This document shows positions 9,937 through 20,700 of a stretch of DNA of 58,770 nucleotides, piece after piece. Position numbers and translations under genes: made by a program. The DNA comes from a virus (taxonomy: Duplodnaviria; Caudoviricetes), in IMG/VR virus record IMGVR_UViG_3300020283_000003, positions 1-58,770 of that record; one strand, given 5' to 3'. The notes beneath the pieces were generated by a model. The model was given only the letters and a program-made list of their open reading frames with translations. It ran no database searches and was not told the origin of the DNA. The first letter of the stretch is position 1, and every line of letters begins with the position of its first letter.

Positions 9937-10167
9937 CTACCAGTCAGGATATTGCCACCTTTCAATACTTTCAAATTTTTTACTTTTCACCCTTTTGATA
10001 GTGCACTTTTTACATTCATATGAGTATGATGATGCTACTGGTCCTCTATCTTTTCTGGTACGATAAAACCCATCAACTAAATTCTTTGTCTCTCTACAAG
10101 TCCTACACTCCCTATCAGAAAGTAACAAATGACCTAATGACAGGTTCTCATCTAAATCAATTTCCAT
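9937..10167 (-). CDS. small CxxC...CxxC zinc-ribbon protein
   Basis: CRTC and CKKC motifs; likely ATG at 10167 overlapping the gp17 stop (TAATG). Confidence 0.7.
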   Translation of the reverse strand: MEIDLDENLSLGHLLLSDRECRTCRETKNLVDGFYRTRKDRGPVASSYSYECKKCTIKRVKSKKFESIERWQYPDW

Positions 10168-11819
10168 TAAGATTGGTAGTCCCACATATAAGATCTGTCA
10201 CCATATTCGTCAACCTTATTCCATCGGTCTCCCTCTGTATCTACAAATGTATCCTGATCTAAACCGTCATCTATGAAACCAAATGGTGCCATGTCTTGTT
10301 CAATTTGATTTTTCTGTTCTTCATATAACCTCTTACGAACGTCTTGATCTGTAAGTTCTTTAAAATAATCTTGAGCAACTAACCATGCATATATTACAAG
10401 ACACATAGCAAGGTCATCATTACATCCTTCTTCTGCCTCAAATGAATTACTTTTAGATATGAATGTAGTAAGTTCTGAGATAATATCATAATCATTAATG
10501 ATAACTTTATCACCCTCAATCATTGTCTTAAGGTTCAATGATCCAACCTTCTTTACTGTCTTGGACATCTTGACACCTAATTGTGTCTTCTTACCAGAGA
10601 ATCCTTGACCAACTATTTGACCTGCACGTCCTCTCATAGAACACATAAGAAGGTTAGAGTATTCAAGATCATAGTTTAGAATAGATGCAACTTGATCTCC
10701 AATATCATTTACCTCACATAATATGAATGCATTATTATAATTTCTTGCTACTTCCCAAATAATATTCGGGAACAACATAGGTTTGATTTCATTATTTCTA
10801 TACTTTGCCACAAGACGATGTGGAAACTCAGTGATATCAACTACAACAAATGCAGAGTAGTCAAAACCAACCCCTCTTGCAACGTCAACCGTAATCATGT
10901 AATCATGTTTGTCTATAGGTTGTTCGTATACGTCCAAACCAGCATTTCGTGTGGTTGGATTTTGATAGACCATCGCTTTCAGTTTTGATGGTGCAATTAA
11001 AGTATCAACAGATCCTAAGAACTCACATTCAAACTCAACTCTGAACTGTGCTTCAGAAGTGTTCTTGATTGTTTGTGCTCTCCACTTATCATCTCTACCT
11101 GGTACTTCTGACCAATGAACTTCTGTAGGTACATATTCATTTTCTCCTCTCTCGGCATCATGCCAATATCTGTAAAAATGATTCATCCCGTGAGGGGTAG
11201 AAACCATTATGACTTTTGTGTTTTTACCAGAAGATATAGTAGGGTAAACAGAGGCAAAGAATTGATCAGCAATGTGATTCGGGATGAACGCGAATTCGTC
11301 AAGAAAGATGATATTATAGGAGCCGCCACGGACAGCAGATGCAGACGTGCTGGCGGCGATAATTTTAGATCCATTTTCTAATTCCATTGAACCCTTATTA
11401 TACACCAAGATTCCTTGCTGCATCCATTTGGGCAGTTTTTCGTATGCAAATTGTAATCTGTTTAAAAGATCTCTAGCAGTTGATGCTTTGTTTGCTAGAA
11501 TAGCAATATTGACATTAGCATTAAAAATAGCATAGTGTAAGAGATACGATACACAGGTTGTAGACTTACCTGTCTGTCGTGGCATCTTACAGATATTAAA
11601 TCTGTTCTCATGAAATCTTCTTACTAACTTCTCTTGGAAAGGATATAATTTAAAAGGAACTTCTCCTTCATCAAGAGAAACGATCTTTACATGATTTCTG
11701 GCAAAATATACAGGATCATCTTTACATTTGAGGAACTCAATAACTTGATCCTCTGTAAATTGAATTTGAGTATTTGCTCTTTTTAGATTCGGATTGCCAA
11801 GATATACATTATCACTCAT
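10167..11819 (-). CDS. gp17: terminase large subunit
   Basis: YLGNPNLK, Walker A PRQTGKST, Walker B IIFLDEFAF, nuclease motifs DVARG and DDLAM. Confidence 0.98.
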   Translation of the reverse strand: MSDNVYLGNPNLKRANTQIQFTEDQVIEFLKCKDDPVYFARNHVKIVSLDEGEVPFKLYPFQEKLVRRFHENRFNICKMPRQTGKSTTCVSYLLHYAIFNANVNIAILANKASTARDLLNRLQFAYEKLPKWMQQGILVYNKGSMELENGSKIIAASTSASAVRGGSYNIIFLDEFAFIPNHIADQFFASVYPTISSGKNTKVIMVSTPHGMNHFYRYWHDAERGENEYVPTEVHWSEVPGRDDKWRAQTIKNTSEAQFRVEFECEFLGSVDTLIAPSKLKAMVYQNPTTRNAGLDVYEQPIDKHDYMITVDVARGVGFDYSAFVVVDITEFPHRLVAKYRNNEIKPMLFPNIIWEVARNYNNAFILCEVNDIGDQVASILNYDLEYSNLLMCSMRGRAGQIVGQGFSGKKTQLGVKMSKTVKKVGSLNLKTMIEGDKVIINDYDIISELTTFISKSNSFEAEEGCNDDLAMCLVIYAWLVAQDYFKELTDQDVRKRLYEEQKNQIEQDMAPFGFIDDGLDQDTFVDTEGDRWNKVDEYGDRSYMWDYQS

Positions 11820-11822
11820 AAT

Positions 11823-11900
11823 TTAATGTGGATCGTAATACCTTATAAGTGCTCCTGTAGCGACGATGAGCACAACAACAATAATAACAACAGCTGGCAT
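11823..11900 (-). CDS. 25-aa single-pass membrane peptide (MPAVVIIVVVLIVATGALIRYYDPH)
   Basis: Translated by hand; ATG to TAA fills the gap upstream of gp17; strongly hydrophobic. Confidence 0.5.
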   Translation of the reverse strand: MPAVVIIVVVLIVATGALIRYYDPH

Positions 11901-11909
11901 TTTTATTTT

Positions 11910-12419
11910 TTAACTATAATGATATGTAGGTTTGTTAGTCTTACCTAGTTTTCCACTTCTTACTTTTGTACCAGAAGTTTCACCATAACCTTTAGGATGC
12001 TTACCAGGTGTTGTCTTACCTAGATTTCCAGAGGGTTTTGGTTTCTTAGATTCAGTGTCATGTAATCTTGCAGGTTTGTTTTTATCCTTTGTAATTACAG
12101 TCTCTTGACCATGTTTTCTACCAAGACGACGCATTACCTTACCAAAACGTCTCTTAGACATTCCTTTACCAGGACTTGTTTGGTATGAAACCTCACGTCC
12201 TGTTCCTTCACCTGATGAATACTTATATTCACCAACTCCTTTTTTGTACCCAATCCCTTTCTTTTTTAAATCTTTTTCAAGAGACTTTCTACTTTCTCTA
12301 TTTTTCTTTTCATCAGTTCCACGATCAGCAGCAATGTTACCAGTCTGCTGTGTCTTTGCCTTTGTCATCATACGGGTAGTGGGGTTACCCTCTAACATAA
12401 ACTGTTTAAAACTTTTCAT
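11910..12419 (-). CDS. basic hypothetical protein with capsid-targeting-like N-terminus
   Basis: Likely start MKSFKQFMLEG at 12419, resembling the T4 internal-protein targeting sequence MKTYQEFIAE. Confidence 0.7.
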   Translation of the reverse strand: MKSFKQFMLEGNPTTRMMTKAKTQQTGNIAADRGTDEKKNRESRKSLEKDLKKKGIGYKKGVGEYKYSSGEGTGREVSYQTSPGKGMSKRRFGKVMRRLGRKHGQETVITKDKNKPARLHDTESKKPKPSGNLGKTTPGKHPKGYGETSGTKVRSGKLGKTNKPTYHYS

Positions 12420-12420
12420 C

Positions 12421-13230
12421 TTAACAATTCCATGCTCTGAGTGACTTAGACAATCTATCATCACCTGTATTATTAGATGGTTTCTGTCTCTTTCTCATTC
12501 CTTTCATTCTAGCGCAGAATGATGCCCTGCGGGGGTTTCCAACTTTCTTGCTAGGTGCTTTAAGGTCAGATCCAGGATTTTCGCGTTCGTAACTTCTTCT
12601 GCCTTTTTCGTTAAGTCCGCCTGACTTACTCTGTCCTGACTTTTTTGTCCATGCTGCTCCTTCTTCGAGTCCATGTTCTTCGTTTGCCTTTACACAGCGG
12701 TTGTACGTTTTGCCGAATAGTTTTTGGGTTCCCGTTTTTTTATATCCCTTCCAACACTTCTTTCCTTCATTCATGAAATCTTGGAAAGACATTTTACCTT
12801 CAAATTCTTCTTTTTTACTTTTGTTTCCCCAATTATTAGCACCAACTTTACGGCATTTGACAAGTGCACCGCTTGCATAAGCACTTGGCCAAACTGAATA
12901 GCGAGATTTTACTTTTTTATAGCAGGCATCTTTTTTGCCTTCTTTCATTGTTGCAACATTCTTCGCCTTCCCCTTTTTATCTGGGTTTGGGTCTTGACGA
13001 TTCTTACGACGAAATGCTGACTCCTCTTCATCTTTAGAGAGAGCACGTTTCATTTTTGAAGATCCACATTTTGGTTTAGTTGTTTGACCTGGTTGTTTAG
13101 CACAGGGCTTTCCTGAGTATTTACCGCCCAGTTGAACCCAACCAGGGGTACCATCAGAAGAGCGACTCTTGCTAAACCAGTCGCGCAAAGAACTATCACC
13201 ACTTTTGTTTTCATCTAATCTCCAATTCAT
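12421..13230 (-). CDS. basic modular hypothetical protein, C-terminal DUF6321-like domain
   Basis: AWTKKSGQSKSGGLNEKGRRSY...RRASFCARM; several short Cys-containing basic modules. Confidence 0.7.
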   Translation of the reverse strand: MNWRLDENKSGDSSLRDWFSKSRSSDGTPGWVQLGGKYSGKPCAKQPGQTTKPKCGSSKMKRALSKDEEESAFRRKNRQDPNPDKKGKAKNVATMKEGKKDACYKKVKSRYSVWPSAYASGALVKCRKVGANNWGNKSKKEEFEGKMSFQDFMNEGKKCWKGYKKTGTQKLFGKTYNRCVKANEEHGLEEGAAWTKKSGQSKSGGLNEKGRRSYERENPGSDLKAPSKKVGNPRRASFCARMKGMRKRQKPSNNTGDDRLSKSLRAWNC

Positions 13231-13247
13231 CGTAAATGAAGGAACAA

Positions 13248-13676
13248 TTACTTATTATTTAGTATTCCTTGTTTTAGTAACTTTTGCAATTCTGAAGTTG
13301 ACCCAACAAAAACTGCATTATTAGTCACATTACCACCTACTGGTTTTCCACTATCTTCCTCAAGATCTTTTAGTTTCTTTTGTAAATCTAAAAGTTTATC
13401 TGTATTGTCACCAACACTTTTTAAAATTTGTCCAGCAACTTCATATGCTCTAGGACTGTCACTTTCTGCTGCTAGTTCCATGATTCCATTGAGTGCTTCT
13501 TGTCCCTTTTCAATTAAGGAATACAAGTTACCTCTAGTATATTCATAATCTTTAGTTACATCATCTGTCTCTTGTTTAGGAATTGGCACAGCATCCTTCT
13601 TAATCTCAGTAATACTAGACTCGATTGACGTGTCTAGTGCTTCATTAATTTGGTCGAATTTGTTGTCTTTCATCAT
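13248..13676 (-). CDS. gp16: terminase small subunit
   Basis: DYEYTRGNLY, SPRAYEVAGQ, NNAVFVGSTSELQK. Confidence 0.93.
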   Translation of the reverse strand: MMKDNKFDQINEALDTSIESSITEIKKDAVPIPKQETDDVTKDYEYTRGNLYSLIEKGQEALNGIMELAAESDSPRAYEVAGQILKSVGDNTDKLLDLQKKLKDLEEDSGKPVGGNVTNNAVFVGSTSELQKLLKQGILNNK

Positions 13677-14527
13677 CCGTCAACATCCTTTCCTTCACTT
13701 GGACTATATTTAGTTGGAGTCAAATATATTGATGTAGTTTCATTGAATCCAAAATCATCACCTTCTACAATTAACGGATCATCGGCAGCAGTAATCGCTC
13801 CGTCGTCGTTGTAATCTTTCTTTGCTTTTGGTGTAGTTGTATATCTGACACTCTTTCTTGCGGTTCTTGTATTTGTATCTTGGTAGATATCGACCATAAC
13901 CTTCTTGATGATTCCATCTGGAGAATCTGCGATTGCACCGAAGAGTTGAGTTTTTGCAGAAAAAGATAATGTGTAAATGAGTGCTCTACGAGTCGTAAAG
14001 TCTCCCTCATATTCGTCAGAAAAACTAATATTGTTTAGTGTAATAGGAACATCTCTTTTCTCTCCAATAGAACTTACTAGGTCTATTGTAACATTAAAAC
14101 TTGGTTGGAAATATGGTAATATCTGTTCAATAATTTGTAAAGCATCATCATTTAATTTTGTAAAAATATTTAATTCAAAATTAAGATTATAAGGAACAGG
14201 CATGAATACCTTTTTCAAAGAACCACTAGGTTTTATAGTGGTTTTGAATGTTTGAGTAATTCCTGTTTTTCTTGTTGCATCATACTCAATACCAGTCATT
14301 TCAAATGACATTCTTGGTAAAGTAATTGCAATGTCTCTCTCATTTGTTTTACCTTGCTCAATTCTTGCCAAGAATTTTTGCATAGGACCATATGCTAGGG
14401 GTACTTTAATCGCACTAATATCCTTACCAGCAGCATCTTGATGGCGTAGTTGAATATTATTAAATAAGGTTCCGAAACCAATAATTGTTTTTCTTAGGAT
14501 TTCGTGATAGTAATACTGTCCTAACAT
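13673..14527 (-). CDS. gp15: tail sheath stabilizer / completion protein
   Basis: FGTLFNNI, KVPLAYGP, LPRMSFE, QIIEQILPYFQP. Confidence 0.95.
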   Translation of the reverse strand: MLGQYYYHEILRKTIIGFGTLFNNIQLRHQDAAGKDISAIKVPLAYGPMQKFLARIEQGKTNERDIAITLPRMSFEMTGIEYDATRKTGITQTFKTTIKPSGSLKKVFMPVPYNLNFELNIFTKLNDDALQIIEQILPYFQPSFNVTIDLVSSIGEKRDVPITLNNISFSDEYEGDFTTRRALIYTLSFSAKTQLFGAIADSPDGIIKKVMVDIYQDTNTRTARKSVRYTTTPKAKKDYNDDGAITAADDPLIVEGDDFGFNETTSIYLTPTKYSPSEGKDVDG

Positions 14528-15912
14528 TAGAATTCACCAAATGGGTTTTTCTCAGAAAAATCTAAGATTAAATCTGCCTCTGTTTCAAAGACATCTCCTT
14601 CATTGAAGGCATCATAAGTATCTTCAAAATTATACGTCCTCACAGTATATGTAGCAGATGATGTAGAACCAACAACTGTTTCTCCGTCATAGAAGGTTCC
14701 AGTAACAATACCAACCTTAAGAACACCCTTAGTTGCATCCCATTCCCTAACTCTTGCTGTTGTACTGCTTGATTGCCCAGTAATTAGTTCATTGTACACA
14801 TAAGTGCCAGTTCCGTTCTGAGGGGCACCAGAGAAGGTTACAGAAGGTGCCTCTGTATATCCAGCACCTGCATTAGTAATGTATACATTAGTAACCTGAC
14901 CTCTAGAATTAAGAGTTGCAAATGCAGTTGCATCAATTCCACCAGCTGGTGCAGTTCCGATAGCAACAGTTGGTGCAGCAGCATATTGAGTTCCTGCTGT
15001 TCCAACAGTAATTTCTCCAACACCGAAGGAAGTTCCAGATCCAACTACAAAAGTACAGGTTGCAATAGCACCAGATCCTCCACCACCTGTAATGTAAATG
15101 GTTGGTTTTTCACTATATCCATAACCTGCATTTGTCAATCTAATTGCTTCTACTGCCTGTAATTGTCCCATAGCAGTTGTGATTGCAACAGCAGTAGCAG
15201 TCGTAAATCCAACTGGAGGAGAAGTAAATGTTACTAGAGGAGTGCTTGTATATCCATATCCATCATTCTGTAAGAATACTTGACCAACATAACCAGTAGT
15301 TGTACTTGCAGTTCCTAAAGCAGTGGTTCCATTTCCTACAATGTTTAATGTAGTAATAAATCCTTCATCAAGAACTGTCTTATCAATACTATCAATACCT
15401 GTATCAAGTACCTCATCCTCGTACTCAAATAATTCACATCTAAGTTCAAAAACGTAGTTTTTACGAAGCATGAAGAAAGGTTTTTCTACTTCTACATACT
15501 TGATCTCAAATAACTTTTTCCCAAGTGGGAAGTATACTAAATCACCCTCTCTAGGGGTATCAAAGAATTCAACTTCATCATCATCCATCTGATCCATAAA
15601 TGGACGGATAAAATCTGTAAATCTCTCTTTAGAAATGATCAAAGATACTTCATCTTTTAGAGTGATTCCAAATTTTGTCATTATATCTCCATTACCTTGG
15701 AACCCATCATAGTTTTGCAAATAGGCTTCAATAGTAAAATTATCATCAAACTTTGATGATTGCACTTCTTCTATAATTGATTTTTTATTTACAAACTTCC
15801 TTGGAATGTATGTTACATCGATACCATACATCCTCAACTGTTCGTTGATCAAATCTTGTACGAGGTTCTGTTCTCCAGTGGAACCTTGTATAAAAAAAGG
15901 ATTAAGTGCCAT
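14527..15912 (-). CDS. gp14: neck protein with inserted G.GY...P.V repeats
   Basis: MALNPFF, PREGDLVYFP, LRCELFEY, C-terminal DFSEKNPFG. Confidence 0.92.
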   Translation of the reverse strand: MALNPFFIQGSTGEQNLVQDLINEQLRMYGIDVTYIPRKFVNKKSIIEEVQSSKFDDNFTIEAYLQNYDGFQGNGDIMTKFGITLKDEVSLIISKERFTDFIRPFMDQMDDDEVEFFDTPREGDLVYFPLGKKLFEIKYVEVEKPFFMLRKNYVFELRCELFEYEDEVLDTGIDSIDKTVLDEGFITTLNIVGNGTTALGTASTTTGYVGQVFLQNDGYGYTSTPLVTFTSPPVGFTTATAVAITTAMGQLQAVEAIRLTNAGYGYSEKPTIYITGGGGSGAIATCTFVVGSGTSFGVGEITVGTAGTQYAAAPTVAIGTAPAGGIDATAFATLNSRGQVTNVYITNAGAGYTEAPSVTFSGAPQNGTGTYVYNELITGQSSSTTARVREWDATKGVLKVGIVTGTFYDGETVVGSTSSATYTVRTYNFEDTYDAFNEGDVFETEADLILDFSEKNPFGEF

Positions 15913-16754
15913 TATCCAATAAGATCAAAAGGTGGAAGTTCGTATTCGCTAATCATTGCCTGTCTCAATTCGGCAAGTTCTCTTTCAGCATCGTCATATA
16001 TTGGTCTACCATTTAATTCAATACCACCAGGAAGTTTTACACCTTGGAACTTAATTAAGTTTTGACCCCATTGTCTTTTAATCAATGCGGTGGTATATCG
16101 TTTTAAGAAAGAATTATTCCAAACTAACTGATTAGTTGATGGATCAATCGCTCTGTAACAATCAATAATAATATAATCATCCACAGTTGCGTTATTCCAC
16201 TCAATGTCGATATAAAGTTTTCCTTGAGTTTTATTGAATCTTATTTGCTTATCAGTTGTAAGTAATCTATCAATAGTCTCTAAATGACTCTTTACCATAG
16301 AGTAACTTAATAACTCACTAGCACCTAACCAATAAATGTCATTTAAGAATAATTGATATTTAACACTAAACATTCCACTAGAAATGCTACTACTATCAAA
16401 TCTGAATACTTTATTTACTCCAATGATATCATCTGGAAGTTTTAAGAAATTGCTATTTTCCTCAAAGTTAAAAGCAACACTACTTCCAGTAATAGTAGCA
16501 CTATCTGTTGTTGTAGTAATACCTGCACCTTGATTTCCAACTCTTGCCTTTCCTCTATCAATATCATCTTGTGTAATCTTATATTTTAAGTATTGGCTCT
16601 CTGTCCCATCAAAATGTCTCTCTTGCCAAAACTGCAAAGCATCATCGACTAGATCATCAAGTTGGTCATCATCAACATTGATTTCTAGTACAGGAGCACC
16701 TAATTGCCTTAGGCAATAGTCTTTAAATCCTTCTCTGGTAGATGGTTTTGCCAT
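15912..16754 (-). CDS. gp13: neck protein
   Basis: CLRQLGAPVLEINVDDDQ, KRQWGQNLIKF.GV.LPGG. Confidence 0.95.
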   Translation of the reverse strand: MAKPSTREGFKDYCLRQLGAPVLEINVDDDQLDDLVDDALQFWQERHFDGTESQYLKYKITQDDIDRGKARVGNQGAGITTTTDSATITGSSVAFNFEENSNFLKLPDDIIGVNKVFRFDSSSISSGMFSVKYQLFLNDIYWLGASELLSYSMVKSHLETIDRLLTTDKQIRFNKTQGKLYIDIEWNNATVDDYIIIDCYRAIDPSTNQLVWNNSFLKRYTTALIKRQWGQNLIKFQGVKLPGGIELNGRPIYDDAERELAELRQAMISEYELPPFDLIG

Positions 16755-16756
16755 AT

Positions 16757-16894
16757 TTACCCGCTTACAGTAATGTCAACATTTTCATTGTCGTTATTAT
16801 TTAGAACGGTTACCTTCTGGGCAGTAGAGGTTTTAATTAACTTAGTATCTACCTCTGCAGATTTAGGAACAGTTATTTTTTGAGTATAAGTCAT
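16757..16894 (-). CDS. 45-aa hypothetical protein
   Basis: Translated by hand (MTYTQKITVPKS...); ATGA overlap with the upstream stop; fills the gap. Confidence 0.45.
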   Translation of the reverse strand: MTYTQKITVPKSAEVDTKLIKTSTAQKVTVLNNNDNENVDITVSG

Positions 16895-17229
16895 GTGGTT
16901 ACTCCTGCTCTTACCATTGCAGAACCTTCTATAATATGGACTTTATCTCCACCAGATTCTGTAACCAAAACATCATATCTGTAACGACCTTCTTTTAATT
17001 TGTTAGTATCTGTTGCGGTCATTGTCAATTTTAATTCACCACCTGCAAGATCAGTAGAAGTCATTGCAAACCCTACTCCAGAACTAGCACCAGGATGTTT
17101 TTTCAAAATAGCACTCATTCCAGCACCAACTAAACTGTAAGAAGTCTCATCTGGATTTCTTAAGTTATAGGTTTCATTGAAAGTTGAACCAGTATTAATA
17201 ACAATATTTTTATTGTAAACTGCTGCCAT
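16891..17229 (-). CDS. small beta-rich structural protein (BppU-like adaptor, tentative)
   Basis: NIVINTGSTF...LTMTATDT..LKEGRYRYDVLV...IIEGSAMVRAGVT. Confidence 0.65.
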   Translation of the reverse strand: MAAVYNKNIVINTGSTFNETYNLRNPDETSYSLVGAGMSAILKKHPGASSGVGFAMTSTDLAGGELKLTMTATDTNKLKEGRYRYDVLVTESGGDKVHIIEGSAMVRAGVTT

Positions 17230-17248
17230 CAGAAAAAATATATACCGT

Positions 17249-17704
17249 TTAGTTATTTAGTCCTTTTATTAAATCTCTAATTAAACCTTTCAATTCTTTA
17301 AGATCTCCCTTGATTTCTTCAACTTCAAGATCCATTTTGTCAACCTTAGCAGTTTGCTCGTCTTGTTTCTTCTGGATTGCCTCAGATCTTTTTTTCTGCT
17401 GCTGATAGATTTTGTAAGAAGTATTATCCATATTCAAAACTGCACCAGTGCTCATGTCTTTAAAGAGACCTGGATTATCTTTTACTGGTCTAATATCAAG
17501 ATCATCACCAAAATTCATTAAAGAGAATTCTTCATCCTTTTCTCTTGCATCTTCAATGTATTCAATATTTTTTTCTTCTTCTTTTAATTGCTCATCAAGT
17601 TTTTGCTGATCTTTATACATCTTCCAAATTTCTTTTTCAGAGTATTCATCCAATTTAGTTTGGAAGGCAAATTCATTGAAAACTGACAAATCAGGATCAG
17701 ACAT
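17249..17704 (-). CDS. hypothetical coiled-coil protein
   Basis: PVKDNPGLFKDMSTGAVLN followed by a heptad C-terminus; follows the VrlC-like gene. Confidence 0.7.
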   Translation of the reverse strand: MSDPDLSVFNEFAFQTKLDEYSEKEIWKMYKDQQKLDEQLKEEEKNIEYIEDAREKDEEFSLMNFGDDLDIRPVKDNPGLFKDMSTGAVLNMDNTSYKIYQQQKKRSEAIQKKQDEQTAKVDKMDLEVEEIKGDLKELKGLIRDLIKGLNN

Positions 17705-17713
17705 TTTATTATT

Positions 17714-17743
17714 AAAAAAGACACCTATATTTAGGTGTCTTTT
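17714..17743 (-). terminator. terminator hairpin with late-promoter-like CTAAATA across its loop
   Basis: AAAAGACACCT-AAATAT-AGGTGTCTTTTTT. Confidence 0.7.
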
Positions 17744-17748
17744 ATAGT

Positions 17749-20700
17749 TTATGTATATGCAATCGCTCTGATTGATCTGAACTTAGGAGGATCAGCAGCA
17801 TTTGTACCAGACATCATAATCTTGATTCTAAATCCTGTGAATTCAGTTAGGTCTTGAGCATTAAACTCATACTGGATGAATTCATCGGATAGAGGAGCAG
17901 ATGGTCTGATCTTTCTATCTGGGCGACCATTATTATTCAATTGAGTAATTACTTGATCACCTAATCCGTTACCATCAGTGTCTTTCAAGTTATCATAGCC
18001 AGGGAAGAGACGCCATGGAGCAGCACCACCTTCAGCACTTGTTTGAAGTTGATATGCAACACGGAAATCAGATGTTTCACTTCTGTATGCTTCAATAATA
18101 ACTTTTAAAGCAACTGATTCATTTTCAAGAGAAACATTCTTACTTACGTAAGCAGATGCGTGTGGATCTTCTCCACTAATGTTAACACGACCGTCTAGTG
18201 CGTAATTGCTGACTGGATCATTAATTCTAAAGAATTCAAATTCAGTTGCACCAACAGTAGAGTCAATAGTTGGAGATACATTTTCATCTGTTGTTTGTAA
18301 TGTGATTGCAGTTGTGAAAGACTTATTCCTGAATAATTCAGTGTTGTATGCGTCTTCGTTAACTTTAGATGCAATCATTCTTACATCACTAAATTCATTA
18401 ACATTACCAAGATCAATATTCACATAACCCTTATCTACGTAAGAGACTTCATTTCCACTTGGACTTGTACCTGTGATCGTTCTAGCTTGTGCAGTAACAG
18501 AAGTCTTACCAGTAGGTTTAATAACTCTGTAGTTAGGTTTGATGCTAGAGTACAACAAGTTAGTTGTAGTATCGATTTCATCACCACCAGCAGCACCGCT
18601 ATCAGCGAAACTTAGGAGTGGAGCGTTAACCAATGATCCATCATCAGTTCTGTCTGTACCATTTTGATCTCTTTGAATTCTGATATAGAAGTTATCAATA
18701 TCAAACTCATAAGGGTCAATGTCATGAGTTGTGTTAATTCTTCTGAGAGATACACCTTGTAGTTCATACAAGTCAACTTCTTCTCCAAGAGTATGTGGGG
18801 TAGAAACTGTACCATCAACACCTCTAGTGCCGATAGTTAATGTTCCTGCACCAACACCAGTGTAAGAAATAAGTTCTTGGTCAACCAAAACATAACCTGG
18901 GTTTGTTGCAGTTACTGGCATTCCTTCAAATGTATCATATCCAGCAGTAGAAGCAACCGAAATTACCGTGCTAGTAGAAGTAACATCTGCAGATAGTTGT
19001 GTTGCATCAGCAAGATCCTTACATCCACTAATAGTAATCTTGTTAGATCCACTATACATTCCGTGGTTTGGAAGATAAACAATTATCATGTCACCTTCGT
19101 TAGAGGTAGGACCAGTTCTTGCGGACAATGTAATTGTCGTAGTTCCAAGTGCTATTCTTGTTCCAGAGTCATTGTAGTAAACAAGTTTTTCGCTAGTAAC
19201 AAAGGTGTTACCACGTACATCTTCTAAGAATAATCTATCAACACCACTAGTTGCTTCAATTGACAACTGTGCTTGAGAACCAGCACCACCAGCGTCTGCT
19301 GTTGTAATACCGATAATGTCACCTACAGCATAACCATGTCCTGCAGTTACAATAGTTGCACCAGCAGCAGTTACGTTTCCATTTTCAACAAAGATGTTTG
19401 CTTTTGCACCAACTCCATTACCAGTAACAGCGAATAGATCAACATTATTATATTGACCATCGATGTAATCAGTACCACCAATAGCAACTGTAGAAATACC
19501 TGCGTAAGAACCAAATGTTAGGTCGATAGGACCACCTGTACTTTCAATAGTACCAAACTTATAGGAACTACCAGAACTACCACCTTCAGCAGCAGTTGCT
19601 TCACCAATCTTCCTACCAGTAGTAAGAATACCTGCCATCACAGTTCCATTTGTGACTGTATCAATACCAACGGTTACAGATCTAGAAATGACTTGGAATG
19701 AATCAGGATCTAATCTTCTGATGTAGTTGTTACTTACATCAAGATCTGGGTTGTGCATATAAACAGTACCAGAGGTAGCTGTAAATTTCGCTCTCTTAAG
19801 TCTGAATGTTAAATCTTCTTCCTGAGTTGGAGTCCAAATAGAACCGTTCTGAGACTTGAATAGAGAACCAGCACCCCACTGTTTACTATGCTGAGAGTTC
19901 TGACCTAATCCTAATGCCTTAAAGTTGAGTGTCTTAGAACCCATCCTTGCAAGGAAGACTTCATAAGAATCAGACTCAGACAAGAGAACGACACAGAATT
20001 CAGTGTTTGGAGCACAGAATACAGGAGACTTAAAGTTAAATGTAGTCTTATAAGTTTCATTACCTGCAGATGCACCAGTGTCAGGAACCAATGTAACTTG
20101 GTCTGGATCAAGTTTTACTTCAGAATATTCTAAAACATTTCTGGTTGGAATACCCAACTGCATTTGTCTGACTTCAAGGAATACTGGGAGTTTTTCATCC
20201 TTAGTATAGAACCAAACGTCAAGACTAGTAAGGAAGACACCACTAGCATCTGTTGTAAACGACTGTGCAAGAGGGTCTCTGTGGAAGTAAACCTTATACT
20301 TTGTCGTTCTCCAAGTTTCAATAACACCAGTAGACTTATAATCTGCTTGTCCTGAGGAGATCTTGGTAGATCCAGGAGTTGCTTTAGTATTGTTAATATC
20401 AGTGTTAAGAACAAATTGCTTAGTACCTGTCTTAAATCTGTTTGGAGGTGCAGGATTTGCAAGAGGATCTCTAATAAAGAAGCATGCTTGGATATCACCA
20501 AACTTATCAGAAACCAAACGAATCTGACTTACCTTTGCAGTAGCACCAGACTTTTGACCAGTCAGTAACATGTCATTAACAACATATCCACTGAATGAAC
20601 CCTGTGCTTCTTCTGCCATAGAAGCAACGTCAACGTTTATAATTGTCGAAGACTTAGAATATGTCGTAGGAATATTCTGTGCGGTATTGTATGGGTTTAT

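Noticed and set aside
9937-10167. Active HNH / endonuclease VII homing endonuclease
   Set aside because: Only a zinc-ribbon-like part is present; no catalytic domain
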